Notes under the pieces: generated by a model
What the model was told of the DNA's origin: nothing
Seen by the model: only the letters and a program-made list of their open reading frames with translations
Database searches by the model: none
Shown here: one piece after another, positions 50,962 to 63,721 of the stretch
Numbering within the stretch: position 1 is the stretch's first letter
Layout of the letters: the number at the start of each line of letters is the position of its first letter
Assembly (NCBI GenBank): GCA_013265495.1
Contig: MU058718.1
Location: 186,001 to 250,000 of the forward strand
Direction of reading: 5' to 3'
Length of the DNA stretch: 64,000 nt
Source of the DNA: Vicugna vicugna
Taxonomy: Eukaryota
Program-made: the position numbers and the translations under genes

Positions 50962-51394
50962 AAGTATCTCTAGGAAAGATTCCAGGTCAAGGTATATAGA
51001 CTGTGACACATGATTAACCCCATACCTTGCCACCTCCCAGTGAAATTCCAAGATAGATTTTTTTTTATGCACAAAATCATGTGAGTAGAAAATGATTAGA
51101 GTATTATCAGTATAGCAGAAAATTTGAGGACTACCTGGAAAACAGAAAGCAAATGGGTTTGAATCTTGTGAAAAATCAAGAGAAGAAACTGCATCTCAGG
51201 ACACCAAACGCAAACCAGTTTCTAAGAAGTCTTGGATACATGCTAGGTTCAGCATGAGCAAATTCTGAGAGAGGAGGTGTCTGTGGAGCAAACATCAGTG
51301 TAGTTCATGAAGGATGCTTTCTGGTGAGAGTACTGGGGCCTGAGAGAAAAATCAAAGCCAGACTTGTAGTAACTTCAGAATTTGGGCCAAAAAA

Positions 51395-51525
51395 GCATTA
51401 AACAAGATACTTTATAATATTGAAGGGGAAATTCACAATGAAGATATAAAATCTGTGCACCAAAGAACATAGCATCAATATTCATAAAGCAAAAGCGATT
51501 GGTGATACAAGGAGAAACAGAAACA
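51395..51525 (+). mobile_element. Old L1 ORF2 endonuclease-region fragment
   Basis: tttataatattgaagggg.aattcacaatgaagatata..tgcacca..aacatagcatcaa..ataaagcaaaa. Confidence 0.7.
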
Positions 51526-53589
51526 TACCAGAGATTGAGGCTCACTTTCCTTAGAGCAAGTGCACAAAAAGTAAGACTAAAAAAGAACATGGACTAGTAT
51601 CTTCAAAGATCTAAGGGAAGATTTTTTTTGTAACTTAGCTTTATTGTTAAATAAGCATGAGGACAAAATAAAGATATCTGAGAATTTAAAATTTACCATT
51701 CATGCTCCCTGCATGAAAAAAGTTATTTGAGGAAGTGTATCAGCATAAAAATCGGAATCTGAGGCATCAGGTTATACAACAAAGCTGGCAACCAAGCAGA
51801 AGCAGAAAAAATTAAGGAAAGACTTAAGCAGCAAACTTTAAATGTCATAGGATTCAGTTTCCTTCTAAATGAGTCTAAGCACAATATCTGGTTCACAGTG
51901 AATAATACTTATGTAATCATATAGCATGTGTGCTAGCTATTAGTTTTCACTTTTGGGTATCACACAATGCCCAAAGCACAGCAGATTTAATAATTATATT
52001 ACAGAGTAGCATATAAATGTCATAAATCTTGACAATTTAAAAATTGTGTGGCAGGGTATACATCTCAGCCAACAAATTCAAGTATGCAAGAAATATCACT
52101 TTATTCTCTACACTTCAATTTAATTTTTGCCCCTTAGGAAATATTTCCTTTCTACTTCCAGGCTCCCCGCCCCTAGACCTGATTGATAAGAAACGTAAGC
52201 ACAGACGTTCTTGGGGTTTCATGCCCTCCCTGGGCCCTGTCAAGGTACACAGTTTCCAGAGCATCAGAGAGAATGGGGACCCTCCAGTCATTAGTGGTCT
52301 GTACACCCAGGTAACTGAGAGAAATGTCAGTGAGTGATTGTTTCCAAGGCAGCACATCTCTGTTTCTTTGAGGCCCCACAGAGGGAGTATTGGCAGAGGT
52401 TGGGAACCCTGTGCTAGGGTCCTGCCTTCCCCAGATACCTGACACCACTACCTCTTCTAAAGCTCGCCAGGTCCTCAGGGCTCCACTGTGGAGCAGTGTT
52501 TGAGTCCCACACAGCTTCTCACCAGCACCCAACCCTAATGGAATCTCTGGGGGAGAAGCCTCTCCCACCTCCTGCTTCTTCAAGTCACCATACTTCTTCC
52601 ATCAAATCCTGTCCTACTCAATGAGCTTAGGCTTATTGAAAACAAAGCCAGGAAAAATTTTACAGGCTAATTCCCTGTCCTATACCTCCCCTGAAGTGAT
52701 GAAATTCAGAGCCTATTACTTGCTTGAACAGAGAAATGGAAAAGGGAAAATATCATATTATTCAGATTTATATTAATATTACTAAGAAAAACAGGGAGGT
52801 AGACAGAAATGGAAAGAAAGATATTGTTCTCATTTTTCATTGTGGGTACACAGTCCATACTAAATTTGATAAATCAGGAACTAAACATTTCAATATGCCA
52901 TTTAAACTAAATAAGGCAACCACTATAAAATAAAAATATAAAAAATAAGCAATAAAATCCACAGATGGAAAGATATATAGGTCATGATAAATTCTTACTC
53001 TTTCATAGTAGAGTATCAATAGATTCTGTAAAATTTGATAGAACTTGAAATGAAGGAATATGATATTAAACTAAAGCAGAAGCAGCAAACTGTTAACAGG
53101 GATGATTTCTGGGAAGTGAATTAGGGGCTGGGAAGAGGAGGTAGAAGCTAAGAAGGGGAGGGAGATTTCTACTTTATCATTTTTTTCATTTTAATGTTAA
53201 AATTATGCAATGTAATATTTCCTCACAAAAATTAGATTAATTAAAAATAAATAAGACTATTTTTACACAATGCCTCATTAATATTTATAAGGCATATTTA
53301 GTAAAGAACTCACACATTAAAATATGCCTGTGGGTACGAGGCCTTTACTTTTAAAATTCACTGTTAAATTCCTTCCCATATTATGAACACCTGCTAAAAT
53401 AGCCACACTGAAAAACAAGTCTCCCTAGGCTTATACAGATGAACAAATAATTTACCCCTAAAAAAACACTGAGAAAACAACTAGCAGGAAACACCAACAC
53501 AAAATAATAAGAATGATGGAACAATGTTAAGGAGCATGCAACCTTTCAACAGAAGAAATCATTCAAAACATTTCATTATCAAAAGTCAT

Positions 53590-53686
53590 GAGAGGAGGTA
53601 TAGTTCAGTGGTAGAGCGCATGCTTAGCATGCACAAGGTCTTGGGTTCAATTCCCAGTGCATCCACTAAAAATAAATAAGTTAATA
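53590..53686 (+). mobile_element. Camelid tRNA-Ala SINE, short form
   Basis: A box tagttcagtgg, anticodon arm gcatgcttagcatgc, B box ggttcaattcc and TSD aaaagtca. Confidence 0.93.
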
Positions 53687-55391
53687 AAAGTCACAAAAAT
53701 AATTATATCCTTTAATCCAGTAAAACTATTTTAAAGTATATAGTCCAGCACTATGTTAAGTTACATCACAGTTCCTATATAAATTCTCTATAAATACATA
53801 TCACACTCCATATTTAGTCATGAACTCTAAACTTCATTAGAAACATACATAAATCTTGAATAAGGCAAAGTACAAAACATTACAGTCATTAAGCACATGG
53901 ATTCAGCACATGCATCACAATGTGCATTCCTTCAGGAATTGGGCAGATTCCCTCATCTTTACCTCTCATTTTGCTCCTCTGTGAAATATTTACTTACCTA
54001 CTGGATGCTAGTTATTGTCCAAAGACATTTATTATCAGTTCTCTTTCCTTTTAGATACAAAATTTCCATGTGACATATTAACAAGCATTTCCCCATTCCA
54101 TTGGTTTTCTTTTATCTTTGTCTTCTTTTGTGTAAACGGTTTTTTATCAAATATATATGTATTATATATATATATACATAGTATTAAATTTTTCTATTTT
54201 GCCACCAATAATTTCCTTTACTGTTTCTATAATTTCTAAGTTATTGGATCTCTTATGACTCATCTGGGATTCTCTCCTAAGAAGTGATCAGAAATTTGAA
54301 CACACTGAAAGATATCACACAGGTGGAGAAGACAATGGTGGGGAGTGACAGGTAGGGGTAGGGGGTAAATTTTGCATTGTTTGACCGGTATTTTTACTTC
54401 TTTCTGTTTAAAAAAATTAGTTTTTAAAAATTATGCCACTCCCCTCTCCCATTATAAAGACTAGGGAATATAGAAATAATTTAGTGATACAAAAAAAGAA
54501 GCTTAAACAAAATTTGACATTTTAAAAGGTGTTAATTAAAGGATTATTTATAATAGGAAATTTAAAAATAGCTTAAATAGCTAATAAGAAGGGGATGATT
54601 GATTTATAATATATAATAGATAAAACATAATAAATTATACAGCAATTAGTTAAAACATTTTCTTTTTAAGAAAGATGCGTTTTTGAACTAACTGAAAAGT
54701 TGAACATTTCATTAGATCCTCGGACATATAGTTTGATTTCTATTTGCAGGAATTTTAAGCCATTATTTACTGCACAAAGACCATTATTACAACACTCTTA
54801 GAAATTAAAGAACAAGAAAGGTGCACACATCTTGCCACGTCACACAGTTCCTTCCAGGGTTTGTCAATGTGTGGGTATAACTTTTAAGTCATTGCAATCT
54901 GTCAACTCTGTACACATTTTCAGAGATGATTTTGGAGGTATATGCTTAAATTTTACACAGCTTTTAAAAAAAGTGTTTTCAGTCACATTTTATGATTTCA
55001 AAGCACCATTAAAAATGAAATATTTGTTGCTTTATATAAAACGTCTACATATAAAAATTTCAATCAACATATCTATTGCCCTTCTGCTATGTTTGCTCAG
55101 ACAGTTTCTGAGGGAATAATCATCGACAGCTTTTAATGATTGGTGGGAAAAAGCAGCAATAAGAAAAAGTTTGAATGAGTTCTGTCTTTAAATTTCAAAA
55201 TGGACACTTGTGGGGGAAATGCTGATTCAAAGCAACGGCTCACAGTGCCATGAATTAAGTGAAACCTTACCCACCCTTTAAACAAGTGAGACTGATTGGA
55301 AAACATCTCTTATGTTTGTTTTTTAGAAAGACTCCACCAGTCCATGGTTGTGACAAACTAATTCTAAATTTTGTCATTCTTACTAATTTTT

Positions 55392-55667
55392 TTTAAGGGG
55401 TAGGTAATTAGGTTTCTTTATTTTAACGGAGGTACTGGCAATTGAACTCAGGACCTTACACAAGCTAGGTCCGCACTCTACCACTGAGCTATACCCTCTC
55501 CCTCTACTAATTTTTACATTATTTTTATTTTATTATTTTTGGGGGGTTACTGTTTTGGGGGGAGTATTTAGTTTGTTTATTTATCTTTTTAATGGAAGTA
55601 CTAGGGATTTAACCCAGGACGTTATGCATGCTAAGCATACACTCTACCACTGAGCTATACCCACCCC
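55392..55667 (-). mobile_element. Two tandem camelid SINEs (about 55392-55502 and 55516-55667)
   Basis: Two reverse-complement heads. TACTAATTTTT occurs at 55381, 55505 and 55671. Confidence 0.93.
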
Positions 55668-55977
55668 TCTTACTAATTTTTGATAACAAACGTATTGCCC
55701 TTTATTTCTCAATATTTTAATTAAATGTGCATATAGTTTCTGTTGGTAGAGTCAAGGATACTGCCGTTGTTGTCATTGTTATTATTTTAAGGTACCATTT
55801 ATTGAAAATCTATTATTTGCCAGCTATTTTATATAATGTATCTTTATCTTAAAGTTCCACAAGGAAGATATTGTTATCAGGAAGGGTCAGGAAGGATGGA
55901 GACTCTTGTCTGGGGCCATATGTGCCCTGTAACCAATGGATTTAAAAAGTGGCAGGGTTGGGATTTAAACCCAAATC

Positions 55978-56574
55978 TGAGATAGGAGGGAAGAGGGCAG
56001 GGCACAATCATTAAAAGAATGACACAGCAATGAGCACTAAGATGGCAGAAGACTCAACTCCCAGCACACCTTGAGCTTCATTGTACACTCACTGTAATAT
56101 AGTAGCATAGTGAATGGCACTCCCACAGGTGCCATGACAGTTTTAAGGCTGACCATAAAAGGTCAAAAAGTGGGTGATAGCCCAGTTCTTGGGAATCCCA
56201 GCCCCTTCCCCAAGGTAGTTGGAATAATCTTCCCCCTTGTTAGCATATAAAGTTACTGGGCCCATTAAAAACTCACAACCCTGCTCCTCATGGAGGCTCT
56301 CTCTTGCCTTTCTGAGACAGCCCACACTCAGTCTATGGAATGTGTATCTACTTTTGCTTTAAACATCCTCACCACACCTTGTGGCCTCTCTGGCCTTCTG
56401 AGATGGCCTACAGTCTGTCTATGGAGTATGTATCTCTCTGAATAAATCTACCTTCACTCTACTATGGCTTGCTCTTGAATTCTTTCCTGCTCAAAGCCAA
56501 GGACCCTCACTTGATGAGACTCACCTGTGACCTGGGACAGGGCTACCTTCTTGTGCCTTATTTTTCCTGTATCA
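55978..56574 (+). mobile_element. MER41-like ERV1 solo LTR inserted in a MIR
   Basis: TG...CA termini, perfect 4-bp TSD AATC (55974-55977 and 56575-56578), AATAAA at about 56440, and MER41-type motifs gccatgacagttt, ttagcata and ttgaattctttcctg..aagccaag.accctc. Confidence 0.88.
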
Positions 56575-56984
56575 AATCTATGGGGCCAAGGACCACATGC
56601 TTTCCACACTACCGTATACTCATCTTGGTAGCCTGCTAATCCAAGACTTGGTTTACACGAACACTTGGAGCCACTAGGCATCAAAGTTCTATTAGGCACA
56701 TAAAGTAAGAGCATCTTTAAAGCTGGGAAAACAGAAAAAGAGAATCCTTTAGGTGTAATTCCTTCATCCTTTGATTCCAATGGGGAATTTAGAGCCCCTT
56801 TTACCCTTCTTTCAGCTTTAACGGTTACAGGCAAATGGATTCATTAATTAATTAAATCCCATTTGCCACCCAACCCACGCTCCCTGCCATATCAGAAACA
56901 GGGCTGGCCCAGAGGACACAGGAAATGTCTACAGAATTTGGTTCTCATCTTAACTTTTTCCCTTTGTGGTCAGCTAAAAGTAAC

Positions 56985-57165
56985 TACTATTTTTAAAAGT
57001 GTTCACTATGTTCCAGCTGCTGTGCTGAGCTCTTTAGATAGGGTGTCATTAATTCCCACAACAGCCTTACCAAGTAGGGATTGATAGGCCCCCATCAATG
57101 AAGCTTCAGAACAGACATTGAGCAGCTCCAGGACTCAAGCCCAGGCTGGTCAGACTCTCAAACTG
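56985..57165 (-). mobile_element. MIR SINE
   Basis: cactatgttccag..ctgtgctgagc.cttt..aattcccacaacagcct..ggactcaagcccagg. Confidence 0.7.
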
Positions 57166-57275
57166 CTCTTCATCTTTTACATTACAAAGTTTTCTTGAAT
57201 CAATAAATGATTCATTTCTCTTGCTCCTTTTTGGTAATCCAGTCTCAAGATTTCAAGACTCCATTTCAAGACGTC

Positions 57276-57670
57276 TGCAGATACAGCCCATCAGATGAAG
57301 ACCACTGGGGCCACACTTGTAGTTAAAGTTTAGTTTATTTACTTCCTTGCTGCTGCAAGGGAGCAAGCAGCCTCCCCCCACCCCAGGACCCTGGGATGTC
57401 CAGCTTGAGAGACTTGGGAGGGGCTTACCTCAGGGTTTGGGCCTCTGCTGAGAGATCTGAGCAGGGAGTCAGTGAAGCAGAGAGCAGCTCTGGATTGATG
57501 CTGTCATGAAGCAGGGGCACTTGAGTGACTGGGGTTTCTCTGTAGTCTGTTCTGGAGGCAACGGAACAAAGCAGAGCAGGCGATGTCACTGGTGAAAAAG
57601 CAGCAATCAGTCCAAAGGAGAGGCGCTGTAGAGCCTGGGGAGAAACATTGTTTACATGGTCTTGGCCTCC
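57276..57670 (-). mobile_element. Old ERV LTR (subfamily undetermined)
   Basis: gatgaagaccactggg..gtttatt..tgcaagggag, gctctggattg.atgctgtca.gaagc and aagcagca.tca. Confidence 0.6.
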
Positions 57671-57876
57671 TCCTGTTGGAAACATTTTTTTAAAGTTCCG
57701 ATAGGAATATTCTAGTCTGATTACCTGTTTCCTTGGAAACCACTATTTGAAAACCTCTTATCTGAAGCTCTGGGTTGGAAATCAAGGCTGCTTCCCTGTG
57801 TGGAAGTAACCCACAGGGAGTGAGACGTTCCATGTTCCTTGATATTTCAAACAGCAAAGTTCCTCATAAACTGTGA

Positions 57877-58361
57877 CAGCATTTTCCAACAGAAATGTAG
57901 CGTGAGTCACACACACCACTTAAATCTTCCTAAGAGCCCCGTTGAAAAGAAACAGGTGAAATTAATTTTAGCAATATATGTTAACTATCTCCACAATTCA
58001 GCCAAAATATTATTTCAACATAGAATCGACAGAAAAAACGTTGTTAGATATTTCACTTTCTTTTTTTTGTACTAAGTCTCCAAAATCCAGTATGGCAGAT
58101 CTCAATTTGGATGTTAGATTTTCATTGAAACACTTGAGATATATTTAAACGTCGTAAAATTTACAGTTGAAAACATACATTCACACACCCAAGTTGTTCC
58201 AAACATACTTAAAGAGTTTTCTAATAACTGAATCAAGGTAATTCAAATTTAAACAACTGAAGATTAAGTAAAATTAAAAATTCAGTTCCTCAGTTGTGCT
58301 AGTCACATTTCAGGTGCCCAAGAGCCACACAAAGCTGGTGACAACCACGCTGGACAGCTCA
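57877..58361. mobile_element. hAT-Charlie1b-like element
   Basis: MER33-type ends, gaaacaggtgaaattaatttt, cccaagttgttccaaacatacttaaa and aaaaattcagttcctcagt..gctag.cacatttca.gtgc. Confidence 0.85.
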
Positions 58362-59155
58362 GGTCCATGATTCTAGAGAGGGAGTTTTCTCATCACCGTG
58401 CCCTTGATGGTAACTAACAAGAGCAGATTTGACAGGCTCACATTATCCTTCTTTCTTCTCTTGTGCCACCTGTTTGGTAACCATAAACTCTCTGCCACAC
58501 TAAATAAACTCTCAATTTTCTCAGATTTCAGTTTTGAAATTCTTCAGCTGCAGGCAGGCCCAGCTACCCTAAACCAAAGCTCAGGCCACTGATCAGCCGT
58601 GCCCTCCCTTTTGCAGGGATTCTACCTTCATTGTAAAATAGACACATATCTTCTACATCTTCCAAATACATCCCCAACAGTATAAAGGAATTACAAAGAA
58701 GTTTTCAAAGCTCTTCTCTGAAATGAGATGCCATTACAAGTAAGACACACCACAGGTTCCTTGGGACAGAAATAATTAGAAGTGCCCTGAGTCCACATTA
58801 AAGAGTTTTGGCAGACTATGTGCAGCCTTCCTGTCTACATCCATCTGTTAGGTTAGGGCCATATCTTACCCAGTTACTAAGGACCAGGCATGTTTGTACC
58901 TTATGATGTTTTAATAGGGTCACGTTTCAGTCTGCCTTTGACTAATTATGAATCATTGGGTAAATAATTTTTATCAGTGTGTTTTCTGAAGTATACACTG
59001 ATATTTGCTTGTGTTGCATGAACATCTTTAATTTGCAAAATGAAAAAAGCCAAAGCGAAATCGTACAGTGTGGTAATTTTGAGAAGCAGCCTGGTGTCTA
59101 GAAAGAGCATAAACATTGACATCAGAGAGGTATGGGTTCAAATCTACAGCCAAGT

Positions 59156-59251
59156 TATATATATACTTATATATATACATATAACTGAATCACCATGCTG
59201 TACACCAGAAACTAACACAACGTTGCAAATCAACTATTCTTCAAAAAAAAA
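59156..59251 (+). mobile_element. Short 5'-truncated L1 inserted in a MIR
   Basis: ataactgaatcac..tgctgtacaccagaaactaacacaac..poly(A), with TSD aaatctacagccaagt / aaatctatagccaagt (59140-59155 and 59252-59267). Confidence 0.93.
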
Positions 59252-59914
59252 AAATCTATAGCCAAGTAGTCAAGGAATGAAGAAGTGCTATCCCTTTAGA
59301 GGTGGCCCAGCAGTGCTGCTTTAAAGTGAGGACTTGGAATCAAAACCCAGCAATTATAACCGTCCTGGTGACTCTGCAGTGCTCGTTTCTTTAGCTCAGG
59401 ACTGGATTATCATGTTCATATTAGATTCATTCTGGAGAAGTTTTGTGCAAAGTTTATACAGAATGTGTTCACATGGGAGGGTGTGTATATGAAATCAGCT
59501 TCAAATGCAAGCTTAAGAATTGTTACACTCATTGAAAGGAATATTCTAACTTTATAAATTCACTTCTTAAGTCATTTGATTTCTCCATTCAAACTACAAA
59601 CAAAGAAGTCATCAAATGATCAATATGAATGTTCTTTGCATGCTCATTGAAATATATTGGCGTATAGCACTCTATTTATGATTTTTAGGCAATTTTATTG
59701 ATTGTAAAACTTAAATGTTTTATTTTAAAACAATTTTATGATCACAAAACAATTTTGGTTCATTGTAGACAAAATAGGAAAATTAATGTAACCAAAGAAG
59801 AAAATGAAAATTGTCTATTATTAAACTCTCTAAATCTAAGAATTATTAAAATTTTGATATTTCCTTCAAATATTTTTTCTTTGTCCACTTTCTATGTCTG
59901 ATCTGGAACAGGGT

Positions 59915-60065
59915 ACTTTAAGGCAAGTTACTTACAGCCTTTGTATCTCAGTGTCCTAACCCTAACTAGCTTTTCTGGTTCTTGTGAGGATTAAATGGAT
60001 AAAGCACTTTCAGAACAGTGCCTGACATACAGCAAGAGTTTATTACCTATTAACAATTATAATTA
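59915..60065 (+). mobile_element. MIR SINE
   Basis: ggcaagttactta..tctcagt..gtgaggattaaatg..agaacagtgcctgacata. Confidence 0.8.
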
Positions 60066-62249
60066 GATATATTTTTATTTTCCAAAATGGATTAAAACTA
60101 TATCATAGTTTCAAATTTTCCTTTTTTAAACTTTATTACTTTGATGGTACTTTCCCATCTCATTCTTTTTTTTTCTTATGTGAATATTTTTAAAAGCCTC
60201 GTTGATAAAAACTATTGCTCCATAGAACAGAATTCTCTTCTTAGAAGAATTTTATGGAGGGTACAATTCACAAGTATCCAACTGAGACTACTCATTTAAA
60301 AATAATGTTTATTATAAAGTATAAAAGACTATTATAATTTAAAAGACTGAAAATAGTACAATGTTCAGAGCTTTATTAGTGTTCATTAAAATTTCACTAA
60401 CTTTAGTTTAGTCATTAATAGCAGGCATTCAATAAGCAGTTGCTGGTTAGGTGATTAACTGAGTGCTTAGATAAAAATGTTGATTAATGCTGGATGGGTT
60501 CAACATATCTCTTCTGGGTTTAATGTGAGGTGTCTGTTTATCAGTTCACCATTAGAGGAACTATTTGAGGACAAGAACTATATCTTACTCACTTAGGTTA
60601 TTGGCAATACTTAAATACAGTACTTGGTACTTAGGGCTCAATGAATGTTAAACTCCACAAAAAGAATTAAAAATTAGAAAACTAGTTATCTAAATTAGGT
60701 CCTATAACTGATTAAAAGAATAGGCAAATGAATAAATACAAATTTATACAATTCGATAAATTAATTTAATTAGTTTGAGTCCACTCTACTACCCCACCAC
60801 TTTTTACCATTTGATTAATAAATATCCTTTTAGAGTATTAAAAACTGCATAAAAATGGCTATGCAATTGGAGTAAATGAGAAAATGCCCCACTTTCCAAA
60901 CTATGTGAATACACTGAGATAGTCTGCAAATAAACACATGTCTAAAGTTTACAGTCATTGTGATCTTTCTTAAGATTGACATTGTGGTAATAATTTAACA
61001 CATTTGTAGTTGTAAGTAACAGCATCTTACTTTTAAACATTTTGGAAACAGTCTTCTCTATCTCCACTTTAACATGGCTATTACAATTTTGGTATATTCC
61101 TGTTCACTTTTTTCAACAGTGAACAAGCATCATACATTACACTGAATACTAACACTAGGTCCTATGCATTTTTCTATGTGTTTAATTGGCTTTCACTGTT
61201 ACATTTTTAGTGATTATGTAATATGTCATCATGTATATTAGACTCTTCACTAACCCATTCCCGTATTCTTACTTAAATAGCTTCCAGTTTTTCATTGTCA
61301 GGAAACTGGTGAGCACCTTTAGGCATATGATTTTATGGCAGATCATCAGATATGGCATTTTGGGGTCAAAAAGGCTCTGAAGTTTTTATGGCTCTTGGTA
61401 CATACTGCCAAAGTGTTTTCCAAAATAAATTATACTAATTTACAGTGTCATCAGCTATGTAAAAATAATGCTCCATCCACACACCTGAATTCATTGTTAT
61501 TAATATGATTTTGGCATAATTTCCCTGCCACATAGAAAATTAACAATTTATTTATAGCATTCCTTCTTCTATATATGTGTATTCATTCATTTATCCTAGA
61601 ACGCATACTAATAGAATGTTGATATATTTTTAACTGGTACTATGACCTCTTTTCCACAGCCTCTTTCTTGACAGTTTTTTATTTCAGGGTTTCTACAATT
61701 ATAATAACCGCTGATTCTTTAATTTTCAGTACTGAGATACTACTCTGAATTTAGGTCATCATTATTTTAGGCTGAATGTATCATAAGTGTTGCACAGTTA
61801 AAGTCTACAGAAAGGACAATAATTTTGCAGACCTGTACTTATTAACTTATAAATGTTTCTTTAACTGGGAAGAATGTGCCCTTCTGATAGTAAAAATTGC
61901 AACTAAAAGAACTGTGCTATCTTTGCCAATTTAATTATATAGTTTAACCTAGAAGTGCTTAAATATAACATAGATAAATAAAATTCCATAGAAATCTAAT
62001 AGCTCTTTTTGTTCTAGAGGTTCTACCTCCTTCTACCCCTATCTTGTTTGTTGAAACTACTGGCATGATTTCTGAATCTGTTGAAAGGAACAATTGACTC
62101 CCAGACAATCACTTTGGAAAACATATATTTCCCAAAGACCTTCTATCAGAAGAGCCTAATAGTAATTTTTTAAAAATAGTGTAAGTTGACTATGGTATTT
62201 ATAAACATCATTTCCTTCTTTTTCCCCAGTTAAAAATACTTACCAACAG

Positions 62250-62490
62250 CAGGTTTTATCTATATAGAGCTTAACAACTTTCAGAAGTTTTTCACGTATA
62301 TTATTTTCATTTCATTCTTAACACGACTCTATCAGTATGTATGTAGACAGACATTATCATTCCCATGGTTTGTATACGGGAAAACTAAGGTTCAGGGCCA
62401 CCATATGCCCAAAAATAAACGTGACATAAATGGTATGGCCAAGGCTGAAATCCAGCTTTAAGTCTCGGCCAGGAATTTCCCATTATACTG
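62250..62490 (-). mobile_element. MIR SINE
   Basis: tttcatttcattcttaac..cattatcattccca..gaaaactaagg.tcag. Confidence 0.6.
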
Positions 62491-63721
62491 TAATGAGCTG
62501 AGCTGATACTAGACACCTGAACCTCTCTCCCTTGACTACGTATGCGCATTTTTCTCGATTAAGAATTGAGGATTTAAAAAAAAAGAATTGAAGATTTGTG
62601 TTGTACCAAAATATGATTATCCTCTTGAACTTTGAAAGAATAAAGCCACACAACTATTTAGACGGCCTTCTCTGAATGAGATCATCCCACCTACCTCAGG
62701 AAGCAGTGGCTCTTCAACCAGGACACGAGAACTGTGCAGGCCAGCTCTACAAGAGCAGACAGGGCTTGTCTAGACCTGGAGGAGCAGACCCTGGGTGGTG
62801 GGCTTAATAGATGTGCCCTAAATATGAAGGGAGACAAGAAGGTGAAGTGGGAAAATTTATGCAAATTCTTTATTTCTGGGTTCCCTTGAGACTACACCAG
62901 GTCTGTAGCAAATCAGATTATCTCCTGTGCTTCCCACGCTGGAAAACATCAAATCACAGGAAAATCATGGGGCTTCCTCCTGGGGTATCTATCTTTGCTG
63001 AAGACGTTAGGAATCAAATACTAAATAAATTCCATATAGACTTCACATTTTATGAAGATAAATGCATCAATATGATTTTTAAGGGAAAATGTGAGAGTTT
63101 AACAAATTTTAGAATGAGATGGACCACTGTGGGATGCTTCCCCAGACCACTGGAGATACTACAAACTCTCTTCTACCCTTGGATCTATGCAATGGAAAAT
63201 GTTTAAGAAATATAGCATGACATATTTTCCTTCCACAATACCCTAGCACTTAAAGTAAAGTCCTATTTGAAAATACACCAGATTTGTTTCAGTTACAAAG
63301 AATCAGTGGACTGATCACATGGGCTAAAGATCCCTAAGGGATGGTGTATTTCAGAGAGATTAAGTTGGTGCTGCAAAGACCAGCTGCCACCACTTACAGT
63401 GGGCAACTTAGAGGTTCTTGATTTCATTTGTAATAAGAAAGATGGCATTCTTTATGTATGCTTTCTTTCTTCAATTGACTTTACCATGAACTGCATTGGA
63501 GGAGGCACCTGTTACATAGAAGTTATCCGTAAAACTATTTCGGCCTGCTGTTTTGTTACAGGAACATTTTAAATCACAGTTTTAATGTCTTTAATTAGTT
63601 GTAGGACTACTTAAGTTTTATTGAATTTATGCATTAATCTAAGTTTTCAAAATTGGCACAATGGTCTTGATGGTATTCTCTTCTTGTCTTTTGAGTACTT
63701 TATCCATAATTATGCCTCTGC

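Noticed and set aside
53590..53666. tRNA-Ala(AGC) gene (also 47105-47180 and similar copies)
   Set aside because: Acceptor stems are mismatched, and A-rich tails, TSDs and many diverged copies identify them as SINEs.
62811..63206. 131-aa ATG-initiated ORF
   Set aside because: No recognisable domain or gene context. The length is compatible with chance in 64 kb.
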